Below, piece by piece: positions 45,908 through 55,437 of a DNA stretch of 64,000 nt. The notes below the pieces were generated by a model. That model was not told where the DNA came from, did no database searches, and saw only the letters and a list, made by a program, of their open reading frames with translations. This DNA is from an uncultured Spirochaetaceae bacterium (GTDB lineage Bacteria > Spirochaetota > Spirochaetia > SZUA-6 > DRHE01), in contig CAZKCQ010000001.1 in NCBI GenBank assembly GCA_964551205.1, positions 5,746 through 69,745 on the forward strand, in the 5' to 3' direction. Position 1 is the first letter of the stretch. Each line of letters starts with the position of its first letter. Position numbers and translations under genes: made by a program.

Positions 45908-47560
45908 TCAGGTTGTTAGTATGGCGACATCGTACGATTCCATGGAAATCTGGTTTTTCTCTACGTTTTTTCTGCCGTACAATTTCAAAATCATTTCTGC
46001 TCGTTGCGGATCAATTCCATAGTTTCGGAGATTGATCCGTACCTCGTGATTCGAGAAATTCAGGAAAACCGAAATCGCCGATTGGTTCAGGCTCCTGCGA
46101 TACGCCAGGATGTCCGGATCATCTTTCTCGTCGAGTGCAAAATTTCCGTTCTGGAGAATCGCAGACGAGTTTCTCAAGTTGATCAACACCTTGTAATAGC
46201 TTAGCATCGATTCAGTATCACCTTCCTGAGCCAAGACATTAATCCGGGAATGTGGAGATGACAATTTCATCCAAGGCTCTCCATTCGAAAACCCTCCTTT
46301 CGCTTCATCGTTCCACTGCATCGGGCTCCTACTCGTTTCTCTGAGGGCTCTAATATTCCAGTTATTGGCGGAAATTGGATCCCTAAGCTCATGGTAGGTA
46401 AGTTCTATATCGGGCATGCCGATCTCCTCCCCGTAATAGACCATGGGCACTCCCTTGAGGGTTATTGTAAGAGCAGCCAGAATTTTCGCCCTCTTGAGGT
46501 CTTCTGTGTATTCTCCCGTGCCGAACCGCGAGATCGCTCTCCGCACATCATGATTAGAAAAGGTGTTGCAACAGAGGAAGTCGTTTAGTTGTTCGACTTC
46601 GTTAGCAAGGGCGTGCCGGAAGCTATCGGCACCCCATCTTGAGTAGGCTAGTGAGAAATTGAATGCCACCGACATGCCGTTCCTGCATAACTCTAGCCCG
46701 GACTTAGTCTGAATATCCACCTCACCGATCAGCAGGCAGTCAGTACCGTGTCGGTCACAAATAGCTCTCATCTCCTGCATGATGTCGATAGTTTCCGGTT
46801 GACCTTTATCGTATCGATGCTCGTATTGAAGATGCTCCGGAATGAGGCACCTAACGTACTTGCTGCCATGAACGGGATCCAAAGGATCCAGGAAGTCGCG
46901 CGTGTCAATCTTTCTTGGCGGGTTGTCACGAAAATGTGCATCTTTTATATACATATCGATGGTGTCGATGCGAAAACCGTCAATTCCCGTCTTTACCCAG
47001 TACTCAAAGGCATCGAGAACCGCCGCCCGCACTTCCGGCTTACGCCAATTCAGCTCGGCATGTTCTTTGAAAAACAGACCGAGGTAGTACTGGTTTCTCT
47101 CCGGACAATAGTGCCACGCACTGCCACCACTGTAGCTTACCCAGTTGTTGGGGATCTCATCGAACCAATAATACCAGTCTGCCCGTGGGTTGGTTTGTGA
47201 AGAACGAGACTGCTTGAACCACTCACCGTAAATAGAGGTATTTGTCGCCGCCCATTCAAGAAGGATCTTGATGCCTGCTCGATGTGCAGTCTCCACTAGT
47301 TGGTGATACTTTTCTATGGTCCCGAAGAGAGGATTTATCTTCATGAGATTTGCCGGACCGTAGCCGAAGTCATATTCCAAAGGTCCATCGTAGAAAGGAC
47401 ATATCCAGATTCCACCGATTCCAAGATCTTTTAAATATGGAATTTTCTCAATGATACCTTGTAAGTCTCCGAAACCGTCGCCGTTCGAATCTCTGAAGCT
47501 CAAAGGATAGATTTGGTAGAATACTTTCTCCTTCCACCACTTTGAACGTGTTTTACTCAT
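45908..47560 (-). CDS. GH13 alpha-glucosidase / oligo-1,6-glucosidase-like
   Basis: 'VFYQIYPLSFRDSNGDGFGDLQGIIEKIPYLKDLGIGGIWICPFYD' GH13 N-terminal block, 'GFRIDTIDMY' and 'YYGEEIGMPD' conserved regions. Confidence 0.85.
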   Translation of the reverse strand: MSKTRSKWWKEKVFYQIYPLSFRDSNGDGFGDLQGIIEKIPYLKDLGIGGIWICPFYDGPLEYDFGYGPANLMKINPLFGTIEKYHQLVETAHRAGIKILLEWAATNTSIYGEWFKQSRSSQTNPRADWYYWFDEIPNNWVSYSGGSAWHYCPERNQYYLGLFFKEHAELNWRKPEVRAAVLDAFEYWVKTGIDGFRIDTIDMYIKDAHFRDNPPRKIDTRDFLDPLDPVHGSKYVRCLIPEHLQYEHRYDKGQPETIDIMQEMRAICDRHGTDCLLIGEVDIQTKSGLELCRNGMSVAFNFSLAYSRWGADSFRHALANEVEQLNDFLCCNTFSNHDVRRAISRFGTGEYTEDLKRAKILAALTITLKGVPMVYYGEEIGMPDIELTYHELRDPISANNWNIRALRETSRSPMQWNDEAKGGFSNGEPWMKLSSPHSRINVLAQEGDTESMLSYYKVLINLRNSSAILQNGNFALDEKDDPDILAYRRSLNQSAISVFLNFSNHEVRINLRNYGIDPQRAEMILKLYGRKNVEKNQISMESYDVAILTT

Positions 47561-47628
47561 TTCAGTATCTCCTTGGTGTTGTGCATTTTCTGTCGGGGGG
47601 CGTCCCGGCGACTACCACTTCGCGACAG

Positions 47629-48453
47629 TCAACCTTTCAGTGCGCCTTCCGTTACACCCTTGATGAAATATTTCTGGAACGAAAGAAAGAGCACGATAAT
47701 TGGCAATAGGGTCAAGGTGAAACCGGCGAGCATTAGGTTCCACCATTGCAAGTACTGGCCGGAAAGCTGGTATTGGGACAACGGAATCGTAAATCGCTTG
47801 GACGTAAGTAGAAGCGACGGCAAGAGAAAATCATTGAAGATCCACACCGTACCAAGCATGATGACCGTTGCAATGATCGGTTTGAGGAGGGGCAACACAA
47901 TGAAGATGAATATCCTGAAATTGCCTGCCCCATCAATATGCGCCGATTCTTCGAGCTCCAACGGAACTGAGCCCTTGATGAAACCGGTGAGGAGAAATAC
48001 AGGTAGAGACATTCCGAGGGCGATATAGATAATGATCAAGCCTCCCATGCTACCAATTTTTAGTACACCCACAACCTTCATGAGCGGGATCATGATAACA
48101 CTAAAGGGGATCATAAGCCCGGATATAAAGGCAATGTATATGACCTGATTAAAGACACTCTTATGACGAACTATGGCGTAGCTTGCCATTGAGGTGAAAA
48201 GTACTATACCGACCATAGAAAGAGAGACCACCAGGACACTGGTGATAAATGCGTTTACCATATGCGTGGTCTTAACGACCTGTGTGAAATTTTCGAAAGC
48301 CAGATGTCGAGGAAACGAGTAAAATGGTCTGGTCATCTCCTCCATAGACTTAAACGCGTTGATGATCGTCAAAAAAACCGGGAGAAAAAAAACCAGGGCT
48401 ATGATAATCAAGATCGGCGGAAGAACTACAGATGCAACCTTGTTACGCCTCAT
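47629..48453 (-). CDS. Carbohydrate ABC transporter permease (MalG-like)
   Basis: 'AHIDGAGNFRIFIFIVLPLLKPIIATV' EAA motif and six TM helices. Confidence 0.85.
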   Translation of the reverse strand: MRRNKVASVVLPPILIIIALVFFLPVFLTIINAFKSMEEMTRPFYSFPRHLAFENFTQVVKTTHMVNAFITSVLVVSLSMVGIVLFTSMASYAIVRHKSVFNQVIYIAFISGLMIPFSVIMIPLMKVVGVLKIGSMGGLIIIYIALGMSLPVFLLTGFIKGSVPLELEESAHIDGAGNFRIFIFIVLPLLKPIIATVIMLGTVWIFNDFLLPSLLLTSKRFTIPLSQYQLSGQYLQWWNLMLAGFTLTLLPIIVLFLSFQKYFIKGVTEGALKG

Positions 48454-49322
48454 CTCTCCACCGCCCTCTTATTCAGAGATACGATAATGACAAGCGATAC
48501 AAGCATGACGATGAAAAAAAGAACATAGGCTGCTGCGGAAGCCCGTCCAACCTGCGAATTTTTGAAGGCTACCTTGTAAATATAGATCGATAACGTTTCC
48601 GTCACGGTTCCGGGCCCACCTTTGGTCATAGAGAAGATTTGGTCGAATTGCTTGAAGGCGAACACCAGCGTATGCACAAAATTGATGATGAATGCGTGGG
48701 TAATGAGCGGAAGTTTGACCGCGACCAGTCGCCGCCAACTTCCGGCACCGTCGATCGAGGCTGCGGCCAGCAAGTTCGCATCGACACCCAGAAGTGCGGC
48801 GGAGTAGATAAGCATCGCCACACCGATGTTCATCCAACTCGTTGCGATGATTGCCGAAAACAGAGCCATCGACGGACTGAGGAATCGGATGCTCGCCAAG
48901 GAAGTCAACCCCAGTAATTTAAAGATCGCAGGAAAGCCCAGTTTGTAGATGTAGTACCATATGAATCCGATGATGATCGGTGTAAGGATCGCCGGAAGGT
49001 AGACCAGAACCCGGGTAATCCCGTTCACTAACCTGTTCGAAGAAGCATCAATACTAATAGCGATGATGAGAGCAACTGAGTTTATCAGTACTGAGGAGAT
49101 AAGCACGTAAATGACTGTTACCCGCAATGAGTTGAGGAAACGCTCTTCACCGAAGATCGTAATATAGTTCTGGAGTCCGACGAAATGAAGCTTCTCGACG
49201 AAGCTGGAGATGTCGGTAAGCGAAAGATAGAAGCCGAAGAATATCGGAAAGAGAACAAAGATCCCATAGAGGAACAATCCAGGGAACGTGAATAGAAATG
49301 ATTTTCTTGCAGAAATGAGCAT
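48450..49322 (-). CDS. Carbohydrate ABC transporter permease (MalF-like)
   Basis: Internal ATG ('MLISARKSF...') with an AAGGTG SD 5 nt upstream. I could not confirm a start codon at the ORF-track start 49382, and my coordinate reading there may be off by ±1 nt. 'AASIDGAGSWRRLVAVKLPLI' EAA motif. Confidence 0.8.
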   Translation of the reverse strand: MLISARKSFLFTFPGLFLYGIFVLFPIFFGFYLSLTDISSFVEKLHFVGLQNYITIFGEERFLNSLRVTVIYVLISSVLINSVALIIAISIDASSNRLVNGITRVLVYLPAILTPIIIGFIWYYIYKLGFPAIFKLLGLTSLASIRFLSPSMALFSAIIATSWMNIGVAMLIYSAALLGVDANLLAAASIDGAGSWRRLVAVKLPLITHAFIINFVHTLVFAFKQFDQIFSMTKGGPGTVTETLSIYIYKVAFKNSQVGRASAAAYVLFFIVMLVSLVIIVSLNKRAVER

Positions 49323-49385
49323 ATCCGCACCTTGTCGGAAGGAAGATACGCTGCACCGACGGCGATGCAGCGTACATTTCACTTT

Positions 49386-50648
49386 CTATTTACTGTACAC
49401 CTTGTACGCTTCGAGGAGATAGTTCTCCAAGGTTTGATTGGTATCATTCGCTGTGATCATTCCCGCGTTGAACTCCTGCAGTTTCGCACTCCAGTCCGAC
49501 CAAACGTTAGGCATGAACCACATGTGGTTCGGCAACGGATAGAGGGAAACTCCTGCATCTACGTACTTCTGTATGTCCTTTGCTACCGGGTCGAAGTCCG
49601 CATGGGCACCCTTCATAGCCGAGAAGATGTGGGTCACGTCTGTCCATATGTTAACTGCTTCTTCGGTTGTCAGCCATTCGACGAACTTGAGACCCATATC
49701 TTTGTCCTTGTGCTTCGCGTTGACACCGATGGTAGAATCGGCTCCGAGGATCATCACGTTTTTCTTGGCTCCATCGGGGGCCGGAGGAATGAATAAGCCG
49801 AGCTCAGCTTCGTTGTTATAGCTCAGTATCGAACTCACCGCCCAGACGCCCTGAATCACCATGGCTGCTTCGCCAATCGCGACTTTCTGGTTGCCCAATC
49901 CGTAACTCAAGTCATTGACATCCGGGTTGGCGTATTTCAGCAGCTTGGAGTACATCTCCATGGCTTTGGTCCATTCGGGGCCCGTGAAGTGCTTTTTGCC
50001 GTTGATAACGTTCATGTCGAAGTTAGGATCCGGCCCGTAGACAAACGGTGTCGCGATTGTCATCACAGCAATACCAAGTGGCCACTGATCATGACCGGTA
50101 ACCACCAGAGGGGTGACTCCCTTTGCTTTAATCTTGACACAAGCGCTGAACAGCTCGTCCCATGTTTGCGGCACCTGGACACTTGCGTCTTTAAATACCT
50201 TCTTGTTGTAGATAAAACCTTGGGCAGCTAAGTCGATCGGCAGGCTGTAGATTTTACCGTCGAGGCGTTGTCCGTCGAGAATCCCATCTTTCACACGGCT
50301 GAGGAATTTTTGATCAGTAAGATCCATCATGATTCCGGCTTTGGGAAGGATGAACCCGTAATTACCTCCTGGGATCGAGATTACCGCAGGCAAAGTTCCT
50401 GCTGCCATTCGAGCTTTGACAGCCTCATCGTAGTTACCAACACCACTGTAGACTACAGTCACATTCGGGTGCAGTACGTTGAAAGCCTTTGCCCATGCCT
50501 CATAGGTTGCTGTGGCTTCTTGTTTCCACACCAGAACCTCGAGCTCAATTTTAGCTGTTCCTTCTTGGCCGCCACTTGCAAAACCTGCAACGCCAACTGC
50601 CAGAAGGAGAATTAGAACAATTAGTGTGTTTCTACGCATGTTTTTCAT
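49386..50648 (-). CDS. Sugar ABC transporter substrate-binding protein
   Basis: Signal peptide 'MKNMRRNTLIVLILLLAVGVAGFASGG'. 420 aa SBP_bac_1-type. Confidence 0.8.
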   Translation of the reverse strand: MKNMRRNTLIVLILLLAVGVAGFASGGQEGTAKIELEVLVWKQEATATYEAWAKAFNVLHPNVTVVYSGVGNYDEAVKARMAAGTLPAVISIPGGNYGFILPKAGIMMDLTDQKFLSRVKDGILDGQRLDGKIYSLPIDLAAQGFIYNKKVFKDASVQVPQTWDELFSACVKIKAKGVTPLVVTGHDQWPLGIAVMTIATPFVYGPDPNFDMNVINGKKHFTGPEWTKAMEMYSKLLKYANPDVNDLSYGLGNQKVAIGEAAMVIQGVWAVSSILSYNNEAELGLFIPPAPDGAKKNVMILGADSTIGVNAKHKDKDMGLKFVEWLTTEEAVNIWTDVTHIFSAMKGAHADFDPVAKDIQKYVDAGVSLYPLPNHMWFMPNVWSDWSAKLQEFNAGMITANDTNQTLENYLLEAYKVYSK

Positions 50649-50735
50649 TTTCCTCCATTTTTCGGTAGATTTCCCACTTTTTTTCGACTATCTTTCTGTA
50701 AAATTCTTGTCTCTTCTTCCACCTCCTTTCATTTA

Positions 50736-51986
50736 TTAACTTCCGGAACCCTCCAGCAATCGCGGAATAGCGGATGGTTTGTGTAAGATACGCTCTACCA
50801 CGAGTGCGCTTACACCGACGAGTGCTGGATCGTTCGTTGACGAACTCAGCTCGATCTTAAGGTTGTGATACACACGGGGAAGTACATGTCTTTCAACGGT
50901 ATTACGGACCGTCTCAAGAAGTAAGTCGCCAAGTTTGGCCATTTCGTCACCAATCACAATTGTGTTGGGATTGAATGCGTTGATGACGCTCACCAAACCA
51001 AAACCGAGATACCATGCTGCCTTTTTCACCGCTTTGCGAACCAGCTCGTCTCCACCCTTTAAGGCCTCAACTATGGCCGGGAAAGATTGGTCCTTCGCAA
51101 GCATGCTCACTGGGTGATCGATAAGTCCTTCCTTCACTTCTCGTACGAGTGCGATTGAGGAACAGTAATGCTCGAGACAACCGTTGTTCCCGCATTCGCA
51201 TTTGGGCCCAGCAAAGTCAATACTCATATGCCCAATCTCTCCGGCGATCCCCAGGGTTCCCCGCAGAAGCCTGCCGTCGATTACAATTCCCGCTCCGATG
51301 CCCTGGCCAGCAGCCACGTAGATCATCGTTTCGTTTTCCATATGACGAGGGGATAGCCACCATTCGGCAAGGGCACCGGCCTTGGCATCATGCTCAAGGA
51401 ATACTGGGATAGGGAATGAAGACGATAGTTCTTTTTCGATAGAGACCATTTCCCAACCTGGGTATTCTGTCATGAGGGCAATCTTGCCTTCGGACCTTAC
51501 ATATGGACCAGGAATGGCAGCTCCAATTCCGAGAATCGTGAATTGGCGGGATGTGTCCAGCACTTGCGTGACATGGTCGATAATTTTCCGAATCACGGAA
51601 GCGGAGCCCACTGAGATGTCTATTGGCACCCGCTGGACCATGTTTTCTGCACCGAACAAATCGAACAGCCCGACAATGAAATAATTCCTGGTGAGCCGGA
51701 TACCAACTACCTTGTAGGCTTTGGTGTTGAGAGTGATGCCGATAGATCTCCGACCTTTCTGACCATTAATAATTCCTGTTTCAGTGACCAGACCCCAGCT
51801 GATGAGATCGTTGATGATATTTGTTATTGTGGCATTCTTAAGACCGGTCATCTTGGCTAGGTCGGCACGGGAACAAAGTTTCACTCTTCGAAGGAGCCTG
51901 ATTACTAAGGCTCGATTCATTTCCTGAACATCTTCAAGATTCATTCCCTGTTTCTGTCGTTTCGTCACCATTATCCATAAGTCCAA
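50736..51986 (-). CDS. ROK family transcriptional regulator (NagC/XylR-like)
   Basis: N-terminal HTH 'LCSRADLAKMTGLKNATITNIINDL'. ROK signature 'GIGAGIVIDGRLLRGTLGIAGEIGHMSIDFAGPKCECGNNGCLE' contains the Zn-binding CxCGxxGC. The start may be the internal Met at 51971 or 51944. Confidence 0.8.
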   Translation of the reverse strand: MDLWIMVTKRQKQGMNLEDVQEMNRALVIRLLRRVKLCSRADLAKMTGLKNATITNIINDLISWGLVTETGIINGQKGRRSIGITLNTKAYKVVGIRLTRNYFIVGLFDLFGAENMVQRVPIDISVGSASVIRKIIDHVTQVLDTSRQFTILGIGAAIPGPYVRSEGKIALMTEYPGWEMVSIEKELSSSFPIPVFLEHDAKAGALAEWWLSPRHMENETMIYVAAGQGIGAGIVIDGRLLRGTLGIAGEIGHMSIDFAGPKCECGNNGCLEHYCSSIALVREVKEGLIDHPVSMLAKDQSFPAIVEALKGGDELVRKAVKKAAWYLGFGLVSVINAFNPNTIVIGDEMAKLGDLLLETVRNTVERHVLPRVYHNLKIELSSSTNDPALVGVSALVVERILHKPSAIPRLLEGSGS

Positions 51987-52010
51987 TTCAATTTATTAAT
52001 TAATTGAATT
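51985..52010. promoter_or_regulatory. AT-rich inverted repeat AATTCAATT-N8-AATTGAATT at the 5' end of the ROK regulator gene; candidate ROK operator
   Basis: Perfect 9-bp arms seen in sequence. ROK/NagC-type operators are AT-rich palindromes. The element overlaps the 5' end of the ROK ORF or lies immediately upstream if an internal start is used. Confidence 0.35.
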
Positions 52011-52167
52011 AAATTATTTATTTGCATTATTACTTACTTCGTTTTATTTGTCAATACAATTATCAGACCTACAGCAATTCTCGTTTTAGCAGACAACGTC
52101 GATATGGCATGATTGTTGTTCTTTAGGTCATCCATAGTCAGATTGGAGATAGCGCTGGGCAGCGCTC

Positions 52168-52557
52168 TTGCAGCCACCGAGTCGATTAATTGAACACGCC
52201 CGGCAAGAACATGGATATGTAGGGGTGGCCTGGGTTCCAGCGGCGGGAGAAACGGTACTGGAAAGAGCGGGACCCGGTCCCCGCACCCTCTGGCCTTTGG
52301 ACATCGATCTGATCACAACCTCGGTGAGAAAAACCGGCCGGGTGGTGATCGTGGAGGAATCACCCGAACAGGGCGGACTGGGGGCGGAGATCGCTGTTCA
52401 GATCGCCGAACAGATTCCTGATTGTCTGCTCACCCCGGTAACCCAGATCGCCGCACCCAATACTCCGGCTCCGTTTTCACCGATCACGGAGAAGGCCTAT
52501 ATTCCTCAGCCTGAGCGGATCGCTGGAACAATCCAAAGACTCATCGAGGAGTATTGA
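52168..52557 (+). pseudogene. Orphan C-terminal fragment of a pyruvate/acetoin dehydrogenase E1 beta subunit (transketolase C-terminal domain)
   Basis: 'LWPLDIDLITTSVRKTGRVVIVEESPEQGGLGAEIAVQIAE' and 'APNTPAPFSPITEKAYIPQPERIAGTIQRL' match the last ~120 aa of E1-beta proteins. About 200 N-terminal residues are missing. The fragment has host-like GC. Confidence 0.55.
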
Positions 52558-52645
52558 GAAAGGTACGTTCACGGATCCTCGCATAATGGGTACTCCGGGC
52601 TTCTAAGGCAAATCCCGGCTCCGGGTTTTCCAGGGAGGTACGCTT

Positions 52646-53090
52646 ATGTTGAACAAATCACAAATTGAAAGGGCTTTTGAGCAGGGAAAGGGTATCTTCC
52701 GACTTGCTCCGAATTGGGTTCCCCGCAGCTTCTGCATCCCCGGTCGGCGACTGACGCTTCATCCCGACGATCTGTTCGCACTGGGGGGCGAAAGAGGCGG
52801 AATCGGGGAGCGGTGGCTGAGCTCGGTCACGGCCGCCGACAACGGGTCCATGACCGCGGCGCCTACGGGGTGATCGTGATCCAAGGACACGGGCGGCTGG
52901 GTGTGTGGAAGGCCGAACTCCGACCTTGATCCGCTATGGGCAGCTGTCCAATGACGAGCTCTTCGTCGGCGCTCGGGCGGCCGCTCGGGGAATCCGTATC
53001 GAAAACGAGTCGGAAGTGGAGCCGCTGGTGATGTTGAAACACTTCGGACCGGACAATCCCGATCTGCGGGAACCGATCCCGGCGTCCTGA
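52646..53090 (+). pseudogene. Probable frameshifted small cupin-type (sugar isomerase-like) gene remnant
   Basis: Three overlapping ORFs in three frames read consecutively as 'IFRLAPNWVP...HPDDLFALGGERGGIGERW', then 'AYGVIVIQGHGRLGVWKAE', then 'LIRYGQLSNDELFVGARAAARGIRIENES'. Stitched, this gives a cupin-like sequence. Confidence 0.3.
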
Positions 53091-53270
53091 AATCCCAAAT
53101 TCATTATTCACATTATATTTCAAAAACAACCAAAATCGACCATCTCGATATTGTCATGCCGAAATGGGTGAACTATGATGATGGCGGTTCTACATGGGCG
53201 TGATCCTGCGAAATGCCGAGCGCCCGACGGCACGATTGCCGCATGTCGACTCACAGAGGAGGAACTTTCT

Positions 53271-55430
53271 ATGTGGATCGAGGATACCTATCGCCGCCTG
53301 CATCTGGATTTCCACATGCCCGACTGGAGCCCGGAGATCCTGGCCGCATTCGACGCCGGGCAGATCGTCAGCAACGTGAAGAGGGCCAACGCCGATGCCC
53401 TTTACTTTTTCGCCAAGTGTCACTACGGCAACGCCTACTACAAGACCCAGGTAGGCAAACGTCATCGAAACATGAAGGACCGGGATTTCCTGGCCGAGAT
53501 GATCCTGGCCTGCCGGAAGGCCTCCCTGACCATTCCGGCCTACTTCAGCCTGGTCTGGGATGTGCATGTCTCCGTAAACCATCCCGAGTGGTGCATGCGC
53601 CATCCCGACGGGCAGGCTGTCACCAATCCCTGGCCCTATATCTGCTTCAACTCCCCCTACCGGCGGTACACCACGGAGATGCTGAAGGAGGTGGCGGCCT
53701 ACGACATCGACGGCATCCACTTCGACATGATCAACTTCAGCTTCAACGGTCTGTCCTGCTACTGCGACACCTGCCGGAAGATGTTCTTCAACCGCACGGG
53801 GCACCACATTCCCGAACAGCCCACCTGGGACGAAACCTGGAGGCAGTTCCTCCGGTTCCGCAATGAGACGATCCTCTCCTTCGTGTCGGACGTACGGGCG
53901 GCGGTTCACTCAGTCAAACCGGATCTGCCCATGGACTTCAACTATCACGGTTCACCGGGCTTCGACTGGCGGGCGGGCCAGAAACCGATCATGCACACCA
54001 CCTTCAACCCACAGGGTTCGGGGGAATCCTATCCGGCGGCTTTCGGGGTGCACTACACCAGCTTCGAAGCCCGTTTCCTAAAAGACCTGATTCCGGATCG
54101 ACCGGCCGAGATCGTCACCTCCCGTTTCAATGGACTTTGGGACTACACGGTGAAGAAGGAGGCCGGCCTCAAGTGGGAGCTCACCACGGCCCTATCCCAC
54201 GGCTGCAAGGTCATGGTTGTGGATCAGAACCTTCACGATGGGAGCGTGGATCCCCTGGTATACGACCGCCTGGCACCTGTGTACCGTGAGATCGAGGAAA
54301 AGGGAGAGCTCTGGGGCGGAACGCCGCTGAAGTTCGCCGCCCTGTACTACTCCGTTTCCAGCCGCGATTTCTACGCGCGGGGGGATCTGCCCAAGTACCT
54401 CCTTTCGGCGGGCGGCGCCTTCAGGGCGCTGGTGGAGAGCCACCTGCCCGTCAACGTTTTGCACGAGGAAAACTGTACCTTCGAAAAAATGAGGGTGTAT
54501 CCGGTGGTGGTCCTGGCCAACGTGGCGGCTATGAGCGATGCGGAAGCCGAGATGTTCCGCCGCTACGTGGCCGAGGGAGGAGTGTTGGTTTCCACTGGAG
54601 ACACGGCCCTGCACGATGAAGCCGGACGGCAGCGCCGGGAGCTGGCATTGGCCGATGTTCTTGGAGCAACCTACACGGGAAAGACCGAGACCCGCAACCA
54701 TTACCTCAGGGTGGAAGACGGGAAGGTCGGCTCCGGGCTCGAGGCGAAGGAGTACATCCTCTGCAATTTCCCGGGCAACATCGTAGAGCCGACCACGGGC
54801 AAGCCCCTCGGGAATCTGCACCTCAGCTTCCACGATCCCCTACCCCCCTATCAGACTTTCTCTCATCACCTGACCCCGCCGTGGCGGCAGGCCGGTCCCG
54901 CGGTCATTGTCAACGACTTCGGCAAGGGTCACTCCCTGTACACCCCCTCGCGGGTCTGCGCCGCTTACGCGGACCTATACACCCTGGCAGCACAGCGCAA
55001 GCTCCTGGCCAACCTGGTCACGGCCGAAGCCCCACCCCCGCTGACGGTGGATGCTCCGCTCAACGTGGAAGTGGTGGTGAACGAGCAGCGCAGGGGCATC
55101 ACCGGCAGCGACGGCGGCGATCCCGATTCCAAGACTCCCCCTGTCTCCCTGGTCACGGGCAAAACGCAACCGGAAAGCCGCCTGATCATCCACCTGATCG
55201 GCTACAACCCCCTCAAGGAGATCTTCACCCGCGGGTCGCAGATGGACGACCGGCCGGTACGCCCCGGCCCAACCATGGAGGAAGCGCTGCTGTATCGGGC
55301 CCGGATCGAGCTGCCGGCGGCCCCGAAATCCGTCAAAGCCTGGAGCCCCTCCACCGAGCTGAAGGTGGAAGGAAGGCAGGTGGATATTATGGTTTCAGAG
55401 ATCCACGAAGCCCTGATCGTCGAGATGTGA
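53271..55430 (+). CDS. Putative glycoside hydrolase, GH42-like / GHL6-like TIM-barrel protein
   Basis: ATG at 53271 with a GAGGAGG RBS. 'YICFNSPYRRYTTEMLKEVAAYDIDGIHFD' resembles the GH42 'YCPSSPxYRE' block. The 'LSCYCDTCR' Cys cluster resembles the GH42 Zn-binding CxC..C. The start could instead be 53175. Confidence 0.45.
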   Translation: MWIEDTYRRLHLDFHMPDWSPEILAAFDAGQIVSNVKRANADALYFFAKCHYGNAYYKTQVGKRHRNMKDRDFLAEMILACRKASLTIPAYFSLVWDVHVSVNHPEWCMRHPDGQAVTNPWPYICFNSPYRRYTTEMLKEVAAYDIDGIHFDMINFSFNGLSCYCDTCRKMFFNRTGHHIPEQPTWDETWRQFLRFRNETILSFVSDVRAAVHSVKPDLPMDFNYHGSPGFDWRAGQKPIMHTTFNPQGSGESYPAAFGVHYTSFEARFLKDLIPDRPAEIVTSRFNGLWDYTVKKEAGLKWELTTALSHGCKVMVVDQNLHDGSVDPLVYDRLAPVYREIEEKGELWGGTPLKFAALYYSVSSRDFYARGDLPKYLLSAGGAFRALVESHLPVNVLHEENCTFEKMRVYPVVVLANVAAMSDAEAEMFRRYVAEGGVLVSTGDTALHDEAGRQRRELALADVLGATYTGKTETRNHYLRVEDGKVGSGLEAKEYILCNFPGNIVEPTTGKPLGNLHLSFHDPLPPYQTFSHHLTPPWRQAGPAVIVNDFGKGHSLYTPSRVCAAYADLYTLAAQRKLLANLVTAEAPPPLTVDAPLNVEVVVNEQRRGITGSDGGDPDSKTPPVSLVTGKTQPESRLIIHLIGYNPLKEIFTRGSQMDDRPVRPGPTMEEALLYRARIELPAAPKSVKAWSPSTELKVEGRQVDIMVSEIHEALIVEM

Positions 55431-55437
55431 GCAGGAA

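Larger units (their letters stand above)
39400..52150. other. Low-GC compositional island (about 45-52% GC against about 62-65% flanks) carrying a sugar-utilisation cassette
   Basis: Base composition was read by eye. It is much more A/T-rich from about 40.7 to 52.1 kb, intermediate from 39.4 to 40.7 kb, with a sharp return to high GC at about 52.14 kb. Decayed fragments lie at the right border. Confidence 0.55.

Noticed and set aside
52151-52166. AGCGCTG-GG-CAGCGCT palindrome at the island border
   Set aside because: The loop is too short for a stable hairpin, there is no T-tract and no second copy elsewhere in the window to suggest a terminal repeat. It is probably coincidental.
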